Positions 31,902-32,000 of a stretch of DNA of 32,000 nucleotides are shown piece after piece (within the stretch, counting starts at the first letter, position 1; each line of letters begins with the position of its first letter). The DNA is taken from NCBI GenBank assembly GCA_016699265.1, contig CP064967.1:870001-902000 (forward strand). Reading direction: 5' to 3'. Below the pieces are notes generated by a model, which was not told the DNA's origin, ran no database searches, and saw only the letters and a program-made list of their open reading frames with translations. A program made the translations under genes and the position numbers. The stretch comes from Candidatus Saccharimonadota bacterium. GTDB taxonomy: Bacteria; Patescibacteriota; Microgenomatia; UBA1406; GWC2-37-13.

Positions 31902-32000
31902 ATGGATGACTCTCACACGCCACTAAAAAATCCTTTGATAAGCACCCCTACAAGCGGTAAGGAGACGGAACCTGCACCACACCAACCTCAAGAAATGATG
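31902..32000 (+). CDS. Possible start of a further ORF (open to the window end)
   Basis: ATG at 31902, then MDDSHTPLKNPLISTPTSGKETEPAPHQPQEMM... with no stop before the window edge. It begins 10 nt after the preceding stop. Confidence 0.3.
   Translation, partial: MDDSHTPLKNPLISTPTSGKETEPAPHQPQEMM

Noticed and set aside
1-32000. Alternative genetic code (UGA reassigned, as in some CPR lineages)
   Set aside because: TGA terminates well-defined genes at family-typical lengths (6423-6425, 7520-7522, 16322-16324). Conserved genes such as recA, guaA and rny contain no in-frame TGA.

Overview
The window is a tightly packed, moderately AT-rich bacterial segment using the standard genetic code (TGA acts as a stop). 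It holds about 40 genes, mostly housekeeping. The gene content suggests a small-genome Patescibacteria/CPR-like organism; this is inference, since no marker search was possible. That content includes VirB2/T4SS-pilin-like mini-proteins, a DUF5667-like protein, a DipZ-type CcdA-thioredoxin fusion, comM and comF, a B12-dependent class II ribonucleotide reductase (RNR), and a eukaryote-type GMP synthase.

Gene order, left to right:
- copA (partial, missing from the ORF track) and csoR
- csaA-like, guaA, VOC protein, DEDD exonuclease, yqeY
- ftsB-like, tRNA-CAT, GT2 glycosyltransferase
- two pilin-like genes and comM
- an XRE / membrane protein / thioredoxin / DipZ operon
- smpB and tmRNA, followed by two orphan genes
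- O-antigen-ligase-like gene, hup, rny, recX, recA
- UbiA-family prenyltransferase, PMI-like cupin, SIS protein, AI-2E transporter, comF
- nrdR, nrdJ (in two frames), pduO-type adenosyltransferase
- a cobalamin-riboswitch-like leader and an unrecognisable 373-aa zinc-ribbon protein

Most interesting observations:
1. A cobalamin-riboswitch-like element drives an uncharacterised cytosolic protein inside a B12/nucleotide-reduction cluster.
2. nrdJ is broken by a single +1 frame change.
3. A strikingly regular TATAAT-N6-ATG (leaderless-type) start architecture recurs.
4. Private 7-nt-period tandem repeats sit in several intergenic spacers.
5. The GMP synthase is eukaryote-type.
6. A tRNA-CAT has a bulged T-stem.
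7. The tmRNA encodes a long tag ending in FAFA.

No CRISPR array, rRNA, transposase or integrase was seen.
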